Shown here: positions 38,535-47,268 of the stretch, piece by piece
Layout: each line of letters begins with the position of its first letter
How positions within the stretch are numbered: position 1 is the stretch's first letter
Source: an uncultured bacterium
GTDB lineage: Bacteria > Babelota > Babeliae > Babelales > Vermiphilaceae
Assembly: GCA_963707655.1 (NCBI GenBank)
Contig: OY970172.1
Span: 576,001-640,000 of the forward strand
Length of the DNA: 64,000 nucleotides
Reading direction: 5' to 3'
Position numbers and translations under genes: made by a program
Notes under the pieces: generated by a model
The model's database searches: none
Told to the model about the DNA's origin: nothing
What the model saw: the letters and a program-made list of their open reading frames with translations, nothing else

Positions 38535-39481
38535 TAGAATGGGCAGAATTTTTGCATTACGGCACCATTGCTCTTTTGGTCTGCATAAGTGCTATTGGCG
38601 TTGGTCTTGGCCAGGGCCTTATCGGCATTGAAGCGCTCAGGGCCATGCATATACAACCGCAAGCATCACTTGATATGATTCGCCTTTGTGTATTGGGTAT
38701 GGCACTTCTTGAATTTGCCGCTATTTCAGGCTTTACTCTTGCGCTGTTTATTTTATTTACCAATCCCAACATAACTTTATATGGAAGCATTGCTGAATTG
38801 GGTGTTGCTGCTGCTCTGGCAATAACCGGTCTAGCCATTGGGTTTGCCTCATATTTTCCCGCAAGCAGCGCATGCAAAGCACTCGCGCGCCAACCATTTT
38901 TTGGCCAACAAATTGTGCGCTTTATGCTTCTCAGCCAATCAACTATTCAAACTCCTCTTGTTTTCAGTTTTATTATTGCCATGTTTATCAAAACACAAAT
39001 TGCTACCGTAACAACGTTGCCCGATGCACTTCGCGTGCTTGCCAGTGGGCTATGCATAGGTGTCGGCAGCATTGGCCCTGCACTGGGCATTGCTCATTTT
39101 GCAAAGATCGCCTGTGAAAGCATTGGCATTAATCGCGCTGCCTATCCAAAGCTACTCTCTTTTACCTTCATCAGTCAGGCAATTATAGAAACACCGGTCC
39201 TTTTTGCCCTACTTATCTCTTTAATACTTTTGGGCACAACGGTGAATGACAATCTTCTTGCAAGCATCGGGCTGTTCAGCGCTGCCATGTGCGCCGCGGT
39301 AGGAACCTTTGGCCCCGGATTCAGCTCGGGAAGAATCGCCGGAGCCGCCTGTAAACAAATTGCAATAGCGCCGGAAAATCATTCTTACCTTGCTCGCATA
39401 AGTATGTTTGGCCAAGGAATGGTTGATACCGGATCAATCTATGCTTTTTTAATCGCAATTTTGTTATATTTCTTTAGGTAA
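38531..39481 (+). CDS. atpE: ATP synthase subunit c with four fused hairpins (8 TM)
   Basis: Four ~79-aa repeats with Gly-rich inner helix, loops IQP/RQP/INR/IAP and E61/Q140/E220/D299; ATGA overlap with atpB. Confidence 0.92.
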   Translation: MIEWAEFLHYGTIALLVCISAIGVGLGQGLIGIEALRAMHIQPQASLDMIRLCVLGMALLEFAAISGFTLALFILFTNPNITLYGSIAELGVAAALAITGLAIGFASYFPASSACKALARQPFFGQQIVRFMLLSQSTIQTPLVFSFIIAMFIKTQIATVTTLPDALRVLASGLCIGVGSIGPALGIAHFAKIACESIGINRAAYPKLLSFTFISQAIIETPVLFALLISLILLGTTVNDNLLASIGLFSAAMCAAVGTFGPGFSSGRIAGAACKQIAIAPENHSYLARISMFGQGMVDTGSIYAFLIAILLYFFR

Positions 39482-39512
39482 AAATAGTGAAGCAAAAAAA
39501 GGAGCAACCCAC

Positions 39513-41669
39513 ATGCATAGCCAAGCACACGTAAGCAAAGAGCATCAGTCTCTTATCAAAAAAATAATCATGATTTTTGGTATCGTTGGATTTTGTTTTT
39601 TTCTTTTTTTTACCACTAATTTTTTTAGGGTAAGACAACAGATCAGTAATGACGCGTATGCGCGCGCGGAACAGAAAAACAAAGCAATAGCTGATTATAT
39701 CTCAAAAAACATTGCGCAACTCAATCCATTGGTCCTTTCGCTCAAGCAACAAATAGAGCGCGATGGAGCCAATCAATCGGCTATTATTGAATATTTACAA
39801 AAAAAACCGGTAGAAGTAAGCGGCTTGGGAGTTATTGTTAATTCACCGTGGTACGCCCCTTATTACGGCGAACATGAAGACAAGCAGGTTTTACAGAATC
39901 TGCCGCAATCAATAATGCATACCGATTGGTATAAGCAGGCAATGGCTGAAAAGAAAGAAATTTCAGGACTTTTTTTTGATGAAGAAACTAACCAGCCAAT
40001 TTTTTATACCATAGCTCCGTTTTACCTCAAGGCAAACCCGCAACAGCCAGCCGGCATTGTTTTTGCCACTCAATCAATGGCACATATACGCCACATTCTC
40101 TCTACGCTTTATACTGATAACACCGGTTACTGTTTTTTACTTGACCAACAAGGTGCTATTCTTGCTCATCCGGAAAACTTTTGGGTACGTACCAAACAAA
40201 CTATCATAGAGCTGGCAAACAAAGTAAACAATCAAAAATTGATCAGCAAAGCAGAATCAGCGCGAAGCAGCGGCTCTTCTTTTATGCATTATCACAATGA
40301 AATGACTGGCGACCGCTCATGGCTTTTTTTCACCAAAATTCCTGCAACCAATTGGCTTCTTGCCAGCGTTGTTGACATGCGCGAGCTACCATTGAGCGGA
40401 GATTTTTTACGCCATAATCTTCTGTTGATTACCATCAGCTTTATTGTGATGCTGCTGTGCGCTCTTTTATTGCTTCCCCCGCTATATAAACATCCCCATC
40501 ACATCCTGCTTTGGATCATCAGCGGAGCGGTCAGCATGCTCTTTGTCTTGGGCATTGCCAGTGCGTGGATTCTTTCTATTCAATTTCCCCGCACTGAAAA
40601 AGATGCTCTTGCTATTGAGAACAAAGCGCAATTATACAAGCTCTTGGATACATTTGAAGAGGCGTACAAAGGAAAACTTGATGAAAAAAATATCGCACCT
40701 GAAAGTAATGATTATGCACAATTGTTGGCATACCGCTATAAAGACAAAAATTATGTACCAACCGGCATTATCATTAATGATATGCAATTTAACCCGCACG
40801 ATCAGATAGAATTTGTTGGCTTTATTTGGCAACGCTATTTTGATGGCATTCATGATTCTGTTGATCGTGGTTTTATTTTGCCTCAGGCAACGCACAAAAC
40901 AACTATTACTGAAATTGGCCGCACCAAACATGAAAAAGCCGAGACAATCATGTGGCAAGTGCAGGCGCAGTTAAATCAAAACTTGAGCTATAGCGCTTTC
41001 CCTTTTGATATAAAAAATATAAAAATTCAGATGCGCCACAAAGATTTTGAAAAAAATATTATTTTAGTACCGGATTTAGATGCGTATAAAATTATAAACC
41101 CTGCCGCACTGCCCGCCATTGGTCAGGATACTCATCTTGACGGTTGGCATCTTTTAAAGAGCTACTTTGATTATGAAATAGAAACCTATTTAACCAACTT
41201 TGGCCTCTACGGCTATGGTCCTTTTGGTATTTATGATGAAGCGCCGCTTTCCCAGGTTCCTGAATTGCGGCTCAATGTAGTGGCTCAGCGCTATTTATTG
41301 GATACAATCTTAACCGACCTTCTCGCCTTATGCGTGATTGCCGTTATTTTATTTGTTTTACTTCTTACCTATTTCTCTGAAAAGAAATTTGAATTTATTC
41401 TAGAAACATGCGCCGCCGCGTTTTTTAGCTCCGTATTTGCGCAAATTCAATTTAGAGCCAAGATTTTTTCACACGAATTTGTTTATTTTGAAATCTTCTA
41501 TTTTACGCTGTATCTCGCCATTATTTTGATTTTGATTACTACGTTGATTCATATGTTTAAAATGAACGTCCCTTTGATCCGCTACGATAGCAACATTATA
41601 ACCAAATTACTGTATTGGCCATTCATTCTGGGAGTTATCTGGAGTGTGACCATGGTGTATTTGTATTGA
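39513..41669 (+). CDS. Cache-domain-fused pentameric ligand-gated ion channel homologue
   Basis: TM, Cache-like periplasmic region (DWYKQA, GYCFLLDQQGAILAHP, TNWLLA), two TMs, ECD with YSAFPFD, then four C-terminal TMs after AQR. Confidence 0.8.
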   Translation: MHSQAHVSKEHQSLIKKIIMIFGIVGFCFFLFFTTNFFRVRQQISNDAYARAEQKNKAIADYISKNIAQLNPLVLSLKQQIERDGANQSAIIEYLQKKPVEVSGLGVIVNSPWYAPYYGEHEDKQVLQNLPQSIMHTDWYKQAMAEKKEISGLFFDEETNQPIFYTIAPFYLKANPQQPAGIVFATQSMAHIRHILSTLYTDNTGYCFLLDQQGAILAHPENFWVRTKQTIIELANKVNNQKLISKAESARSSGSSFMHYHNEMTGDRSWLFFTKIPATNWLLASVVDMRELPLSGDFLRHNLLLITISFIVMLLCALLLLPPLYKHPHHILLWIISGAVSMLFVLGIASAWILSIQFPRTEKDALAIENKAQLYKLLDTFEEAYKGKLDEKNIAPESNDYAQLLAYRYKDKNYVPTGIIINDMQFNPHDQIEFVGFIWQRYFDGIHDSVDRGFILPQATHKTTITEIGRTKHEKAETIMWQVQAQLNQNLSYSAFPFDIKNIKIQMRHKDFEKNIILVPDLDAYKIINPAALPAIGQDTHLDGWHLLKSYFDYEIETYLTNFGLYGYGPFGIYDEAPLSQVPELRLNVVAQRYLLDTILTDLLALCVIAVILFVLLLTYFSEKKFEFILETCAAAFFSSVFAQIQFRAKIFSHEFVYFEIFYFTLYLAIILILITTLIHMFKMNVPLIRYDSNIITKLLYWPFILGVIWSVTMVYLY

Positions 41670-41945
41670 AAAAAACGGAGAAGGATCTAATTCTACCCGC
41701 ATAGTTTGCGTTAAAAATTCAATTTTTTTGTCCGCCTGATCATCATAGGCTTTTCTATCCGCTATTGTTGCGATAGCAAATGCATGTAATGCTGGGTCAA
41801 TACCTTCATTGAATCTGGCGGCTATGAGCTGGCAATATTTTTTTAGAGATAATTGTGAAGCTTTTTCCAATAATGATTTGTCATCATCCATAGCATGAGC
41901 ATTTAAAATAGTTATGGCTACAAGGAGCAATAATTTATTTTTCAT
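41607..41945 (-). CDS. Small secreted hypothetical protein
   Basis: MKNKLLLLVAITILNAHA followed by MDDDK; 3' end overlaps the convergent channel gene. Confidence 0.55.
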   Translation of the reverse strand: MKNKLLLLVAITILNAHAMDDDKSLLEKASQLSLKKYCQLIAARFNEGIDPALHAFAIATIADRKAYDDQADKKIEFLTQTMRVELDPSPFFSIQIHHGHTPDNSQNEWPIQ

Positions 41946-42095
41946 AAAAGCTCTTCCTAAAGAAAAACAATTGAAACAATCTCGTTTCAGATTGTACCTA
42001 TCTATGATAATTTTGAAAAGAAAACATGTGTTTCTTGAAGAAGTTATTCGGGAATAGGTCTCAAGCACTTGATAATGTATAAGCTATTGAAAATA

Positions 42096-42758
42096 CTATC
42101 TCGTGACACAATAACAGCTCAGAGCAGTGAGAATAGCCCCGGTCGCAATTGCCGCCGGTTCATAATATTTTTGCAATGATGGACTCAGTTGTTGTTTCAT
42201 AAGTTCTCCATCACAAGCTTTAGAGAATGGATACCATTGAGCTAAGTCATTTGCTATACTCCCCACACAAGCCGCACCAATTCCGCCCGCAATACAACCT
42301 GTTATAGATGAATTATTTGCATTACATTCTGCTGCACAATATTTTGTTGCCAGAGCTATCGCCAGGCCACTCGCAGCTCCGCACAGACCCCCGGCAGCAC
42401 CCACAATAAATTCTTTAATAGGGGTCTTATTTTGCGGAACTTTGTCAGCACAACACATCCCCCCATCCCAAAATGATTTATATATAGTCATCCAATTATT
42501 TTTATAAAGAATCGGTTGCTTGCTTTCATCATCCCCACCAATATAGATATGACTATCTATTCCATAACACCACTTAAAAGCAGCTGCATGACCCATTTCA
42601 TGACAAAAAATGGTGATTCCGAGAATGGGGAACACAGCTAGGGCTGCAACCCCGGCCATCAAGCCCAAGCCCTTGGTCGCATCAATTTTCATATTTTCTT
42701 GAATAGGCTGAACAGTGAAACCCATTAACAACGCACCAATTATTAATATTTTTTTCAT
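42096..42758 (-). CDS. M50-like membrane zinc metallopeptidase
   Basis: HEMGH, AAGG and P....DG motifs. Confidence 0.75.
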   Translation of the reverse strand: MKKILIIGALLMGFTVQPIQENMKIDATKGLGLMAGVAALAVFPILGITIFCHEMGHAAAFKWCYGIDSHIYIGGDDESKQPILYKNNWMTIYKSFWDGGMCCADKVPQNKTPIKEFIVGAAGGLCGAASGLAIALATKYCAAECNANNSSITGCIAGGIGAACVGSIANDLAQWYPFSKACDGELMKQQLSPSLQKYYEPAAIATGAILTALSCYCVTR

Positions 42759-42987
42759 TTTAAACCCTTAATTAAAATTCTATTATGAATTTAATAATAA
42801 CATTTCCATTGCCCATGTCCAGGTTGGGATTAAGGGATTGATCTATTATTCTTCGCATAAAGACGGTGACAGGAGCAACTCTCATCATTTCATCCCCTCA
42901 TTTAAAGTAGGCAAAGAGCATGACATTGCTACAAAATTCATTTACATTAAAGTTTTAAAAGAAAAATTTATATTTTGAGGATACTTC

Positions 42988-43902
42988 ATGATGTATAACA
43001 ACCTCCTGCAAGCAATTGGCAATACTCCATTGGTGAAAGTTAATTTTGGTGGTCCCGGCACTATTTATGCAAAACTTGAATACTTAAATCCGGGTGGCAG
43101 TGTAAAAGATCGCTCTGCACTTTTTATGATTGAACATGCGGAAAAAAATGGCCTTCTAAAGCCTGGCGGCACGTTGATTGACGCTTCTTCCGGCAATCAA
43201 GGCATTGCAGTAGCCATGATTGGCGCACTCAAAGGATACAAAGTAATTATTACCGTATCTGAGAAGATCAGCAAAGAAAAAATGGATACACTCAGAGCCT
43301 ATGGCGCACAAGTAGTTGTGTGTCCGGCCACCGCTTTGATTGACGACGCGCAAAGCTATCATACCCAGGCAAAAGCACTCCATGAGCAAACCCCCAATTC
43401 ATTTATGCCTAATCAATATTACAATCCCGTAAATGCGGTAGCTCATTATAGCTTATTGGGGCCGGAAATTTGGCGTCAAACTGATGGCAAAATTACCCAT
43501 TTTTTTGCCGGCGCAGGGACAACAGGCACGGTAAGTGGTGTTGGCCGCTATCTTAAAGAACAAAATCCCGCTATCAAAGTCTTTGCCCTTGATTCAATTA
43601 ATTCATTCAGAGCTACCGGGGGCAACCCTAAACCCTACAAGCTTGAGGGGTTGGGGATGGATTTTGAAACGCCGGTGTTTAACCCAAAAGTTGTTGATGA
43701 AATTATCACCGTCTCAGATGATCATGCTATTGAAATGCTCTCAACCCTGGCGCGCAAACATGGTCTTTTGGTCGGGCCAAGCAGCGGTGCCGTAGCCTGG
43801 GCAGCTGCTCAAAAAGCAGCCCAATTGAAAGAAAATGACATCGCCGTCATGATCTTTGGTGATTCGGGCCGTGCATACCTTACCAAAGGATTTTATTCTT
43901 GA
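42988..43902 (+). CDS. cysK: Cysteine synthase / cystathionine beta-synthase family PLP enzyme
   Basis: IGNTPLV, KLEYLNPGGSVKDR, SSGNQG, GTTGT, GPSSGA. Confidence 0.88.
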   Translation: MMYNNLLQAIGNTPLVKVNFGGPGTIYAKLEYLNPGGSVKDRSALFMIEHAEKNGLLKPGGTLIDASSGNQGIAVAMIGALKGYKVIITVSEKISKEKMDTLRAYGAQVVVCPATALIDDAQSYHTQAKALHEQTPNSFMPNQYYNPVNAVAHYSLLGPEIWRQTDGKITHFFAGAGTTGTVSGVGRYLKEQNPAIKVFALDSINSFRATGGNPKPYKLEGLGMDFETPVFNPKVVDEIITVSDDHAIEMLSTLARKHGLLVGPSSGAVAWAAAQKAAQLKENDIAVMIFGDSGRAYLTKGFYS

Positions 43903-43947
43903 TGGGTAAATAGGTTTTGCCACTTACCACCTCTGATTATTTTCAAG

Positions 43948-43975
43948 TTGAAAAAAATACATGAGCTGATATACT
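43948..43975 (+). promoter_or_regulatory. Promoter (copy 1 of duplicated leader)
   Basis: TTGAAA-16-TATACT with TGn extension. Confidence 0.65.
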
Positions 43976-44008
43976 TATCATAAGTAACTTAATTAAATGG
44001 AGGTTATT

Positions 44009-44476
44009 ATGAAAAACAAATTACTCTTATTGGGTTTAACCCTATTCACCGTTCCTGTTATGCAGGCAAATGTTTTTACCAGAGCATGTGCTACAATCTT
44101 GAAATCCGGTACCAAATTCACCTTTTTCGGTACTGCGGGATTAGTGGGCAGCCATTACCAGCTCTTGCTAGAAGCGAAAAATGATTTTTTATTCTACAAG
44201 ATGCATAATAGGCTAAACCAACATGAAGAAAGAATCTCATCATTAGAATATAGAGTGCAGCAACTAGAGACAGGAAAGCCTGCTCAGGTTGGGCAACCTA
44301 AACCACAAATTGCTGACAATAATATGGGCAAAAAATTCTGGCAATGGGGAGAATCCCTCGTGACCGAAGAAAATGTTGCACTCGTAACGGCAAACATAGA
44401 AGCAATAAAATATAGCGGCCAGAAATATGGGGAACGCTTCGTTGATGCAGTAACCCAAAGGCCAAAAAAATTATAA
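44009..44476 (+). CDS. Secreted coiled-coil hypothetical protein
   Basis: GGAGG RBS; MKNKLLLLGLTLFTVPVMQA; HEERISSLEYRVQQLE. Confidence 0.75.
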   Translation: MKNKLLLLGLTLFTVPVMQANVFTRACATILKSGTKFTFFGTAGLVGSHYQLLLEAKNDFLFYKMHNRLNQHEERISSLEYRVQQLETGKPAQVGQPKPQIADNNMGKKFWQWGESLVTEENVALVTANIEAIKYSGQKYGERFVDAVTQRPKKL

Positions 44477-44534
44477 AAATCCTTTATCCTTAATGGGTAA
44501 ATAGGTCGTGCTATGCCACTCTGCTTATTTCAAA

Positions 44535-44562
44535 TTGAAAAAAATATGCGAATTGGTATACT
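44535..44562 (+). promoter_or_regulatory. Promoter (copy 2 of duplicated leader)
   Basis: TTGAAA-16-TATACT with TGn extension. Confidence 0.65.
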
Positions 44563-44600
44563 TGCTATAAGTAGATTAATGATTAATGGAGGATCTAAAT

Positions 44601-45248
44601 ATGAATAACAAATTAATAACTATCCTTTTAGGATTAACCTTTTTACTCACCCCAAAAGCTGAAGCTATGGGCGGGGTAGCAGCGCGATATCTCTTAGGCG
44701 GCGGTGCCGCAGGAGCTGTCGGCGCAGGGTTACAATATGCGCTTAATAATTATTTGCCATTGCTCGCTCCTGCAGTACAAGCAGCAGCTCCGGCAGCAGC
44801 GCCAGTAATCAATGTTATGATGCCCGCAGCAGCGCCAATCGCAGCTTCAGGCTTTATGGCAAAAGTACTCGGTGGTGCCCTTGTTCCCCTAGCGTACGGA
44901 TGCTGGACATATAGAATGGAAATTGCGCTCGCCGCAACAGAACTAAAAAATAATGCGATCTTATGGTGGCACAATAACAGAATCACAGACTTGGAACGAA
45001 AAGCCAAAAACCAAGCTGACCAGATCGTAGAGCAAGAGGATAGGCTCGCGCAACAAGAAGCGCGCCAAGAAGAACAAGCGGTACAGATTGCTCAGCTCCG
45101 TGAAGATCATGAACAACTTAATAATAGAGTCGTGCAGTTGACTGCAGTGGTAAGTGAGGTTCAAGGACAAAATCCTGCCTGGTACCAAAGAATTAGACAA
45201 ATATTTAATCGCGTTGTAGGCAACAATAACCAAGCCCAACAAGTATAA
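44601..45248 (+). CDS. Secreted Gly/Ala-rich plus coiled-coil hypothetical protein
   Basis: GGAGG RBS; signal ending AEA followed by MGG; hydrophobic Gly/Ala segments; long Gln/Glu heptad region. Confidence 0.75.
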   Translation: MNNKLITILLGLTFLLTPKAEAMGGVAARYLLGGGAAGAVGAGLQYALNNYLPLLAPAVQAAAPAAAPVINVMMPAAAPIAASGFMAKVLGGALVPLAYGCWTYRMEIALAATELKNNAILWWHNNRITDLERKAKNQADQIVEQEDRLAQQEARQEEQAVQIAQLREDHEQLNNRVVQLTAVVSEVQGQNPAWYQRIRQIFNRVVGNNNQAQQV

Positions 45249-45274
45249 ATACCTACCTCCTTAATTAATCAAGC

Positions 45275-45307
45275 AAAAAAGCTCGCCGTAAAAAAGCGAG
45301 CTTTTTT
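45275..45307. terminator. Bidirectional terminator
   Basis: aaaaaagctcgc...gcgagctttttt. Confidence 0.8.
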
Positions 45308-45350
45308 CTGTCCAAATTTTATAGAGCCTTGTTTTTTGGATGGGGCTTTC

Positions 45351-45818
45351 TTAATGCACTGTTTCTGCTGCGTCTATCAAATCAGCAATATCTTTTAGGT
45401 GGTTATTTTTTGCAATATCACGTGCCGTTTCACCATATTTATTTTTGATTGCCGTGTTTGCTCCTGCAGCTAAAAGCAGAGCAACAGTCTTTTTATGATG
45501 CTCTCTTGCTGCATCCATTAAAGGAGTGTAACCTTCCTTGGCATCTTGAGCGTCCATGGCACCACCAGCGATCAAAAGCAATTTAACTATTTCTGTATGC
45601 CCTTGCATTGCCGCATCATGCAATGGAATAAAGCCGCGCGCGTCGATTTTATTAACGTCCACTCCTGCTTTAATAAGCTCACGCACTTTTTCTACGCGAT
45701 TTTCAAATGCAGCGGTGTGCAATGCACTTATTTCTAATCCATCTGAATCAGCATGCTCTGCCCAACGAGTAAGTTTGCGCGCAGATATTGCCTGCCTTGA
45801 ATCATTTTTTCGCGACAT
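45351..45818 (-). CDS. Ankyrin-repeat protein
   Basis: SALHTAA, IPLHDAA, TPLMDAA, GETARDIA. Confidence 0.92.
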   Translation of the reverse strand: MSRKNDSRQAISARKLTRWAEHADSDGLEISALHTAAFENRVEKVRELIKAGVDVNKIDARGFIPLHDAAMQGHTEIVKLLLIAGGAMDAQDAKEGYTPLMDAAREHHKKTVALLLAAGANTAIKNKYGETARDIAKNNHLKDIADLIDAAETVH

Positions 45819-45830
45819 AACACACTCTCG

Positions 45831-46781
45831 CTATAAGTATTCTTCTAACACCGTTAATTCTATTGGCTCCGGCTTTACACAATAACCGCCGGGCATAATG
45901 GGTGAGCCAAGAGAATTGGCAACATCATAATCATGTATGAATGATACGGGTGTTGCATATATTTGTGTATACCCCTGCGCTTTTAATTGTTCAAACGCAC
46001 GGTCAATATGCGTTCCGCCTGCCAGAGCAACTATTACCCCTTTATCCGCAGCATGGATTATGCTATGCACCAGGGCGCAATCAACCAAGCCGCTATCAAA
46101 GGTTAATAACTTCTTCAGCGTAAGCAATCGGTTACTGCGCTGAGTAATCTTTTCAAAATATGCAGCACTGCTCAATGCATTATGCTCTTGCAAACGCAAT
46201 GCATGCATGCTCTTTTTTACCTCAGCACAATTTTCTTTGTACCAACGATTGAGTGCTGATCCATCATCGTAGCTCAAGATTTTTTGCATCATCTGCTGCA
46301 CTTCATCAATCAATGAATAGATTCTAATAGCACACGCAGGTTGCGATATGTAAGAACTTTGGTCCAACTGGCGCAGCAAGCCCCCTAATGATATCACTCG
46401 ACAATATCGATACTCTATATTTTCTGCGTCAAGACCCAGCGCTATGCACTCTTTTGTTAAACTTGCCAAAATACCACGATTTGAATTGAGCCAAAATTGT
46501 TTGTGCCCATAACTACCACTATTATTCGGCGAGCTTAAGTCTTCTAAAATGATCTTCATTGATTGGTTTTGTTTAGCTAATAGATGAGTAATATAGGTTC
46601 TTTGGGCGCTATTTGCCTCGTGCATTTTATCATGAAAATCGCTACACCCTATAATAATTTTGTGCTCTTGCGCCGCCTCATCCCACGCGCGCAATATCTT
46701 TACTTCATAAATATAGCTCTTGATGGGAGACGAAAAGCAGAGAAAAATGCCACCACATAAGGCAAAAAATAGCTTTACCAC
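45831..46781 (-). CDS. Secreted hypothetical protein, paralogue of 32237..33211
   Basis: Signal peptide; SDFH, ILED, NIEYRY, ILSYDDG, LVDCALVHSI, AGGTH. Confidence 0.72.
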   Translation of the reverse strand: MVKLFFALCGGIFLCFSSPIKSYIYEVKILRAWDEAAQEHKIIIGCSDFHDKMHEANSAQRTYITHLLAKQNQSMKIILEDLSSPNNSGSYGHKQFWLNSNRGILASLTKECIALGLDAENIEYRYCRVISLGGLLRQLDQSSYISQPACAIRIYSLIDEVQQMMQKILSYDDGSALNRWYKENCAEVKKSMHALRLQEHNALSSAAYFEKITQRSNRLLTLKKLLTFDSGLVDCALVHSIIHAADKGVIVALAGGTHIDRAFEQLKAQGYTQIYATPVSFIHDYDVANSLGSPIMPGGYCVKPEPIELTVLEEYL

Positions 46782-47070
46782 AGCACTTCTCCTTTTACAT
46801 AGATATAGGTTTCTCCTTTTTATTTTATTACATGTTGAAATATTTTATCAACATTATAAATTAAAATAATCTAAAAATGCCATACAAAAAGAAAGCGTGG
46901 GATGAAAAATGGAGATGTAGAGAAGCGTATTAACTGTCAAATCCAGCCTTCGCTTATTCCGGGCATTCAGGCTCGGTAAGCTTCGGCGGATAGCCGACAA
47001 TTCTCGCTATAAATGGCAATTATTTTCCTCAGCAGACAATTTGAATCCTTAGCAAATCTTGGCATAGGCT

Positions 47071-47178
47071 AAAAAAATACCCCCACCCAGACAGAACGTC
47101 ACGGATAGGGGAAATGGAGGTTATCAAGGTAAAATGTGTGCTGCTTTAACTGATCATTTGCATGATCAATTATTACTG
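47071..47178 (-). ncRNA. Candidate small RNA with anti-SD motif
   Basis: TTGATT-17-TAGACT at 47213-47185, a 5' hairpin tgatca...tgatca, ACCUCCAUUU, and a GC hairpin with U7 at 47071-47111. Confidence 0.35.
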
Positions 47179-47268
47179 ATAGGTAGTCTACGTCAAGATT
47201 TGGCAAAAATCAAATTTTTATCTTTCAGCTCTCTAGCAACACCTACCAAAAAAGTGATTTGATCGTTA

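Noticed and set aside
46940..47000. GC-rich patch ccttcgct...agcttcggcgga resembling a REP-like repeat
   Set aside because: Single degenerate copy in the window; cannot be supported without a genome-wide search.
47134..47235. Plus-strand ~33-codon ORF after GGAGG
   Set aside because: RBS spacing of about 13 nt is poor and there are no protein features; the minus-strand promoter/terminator reading fits better.
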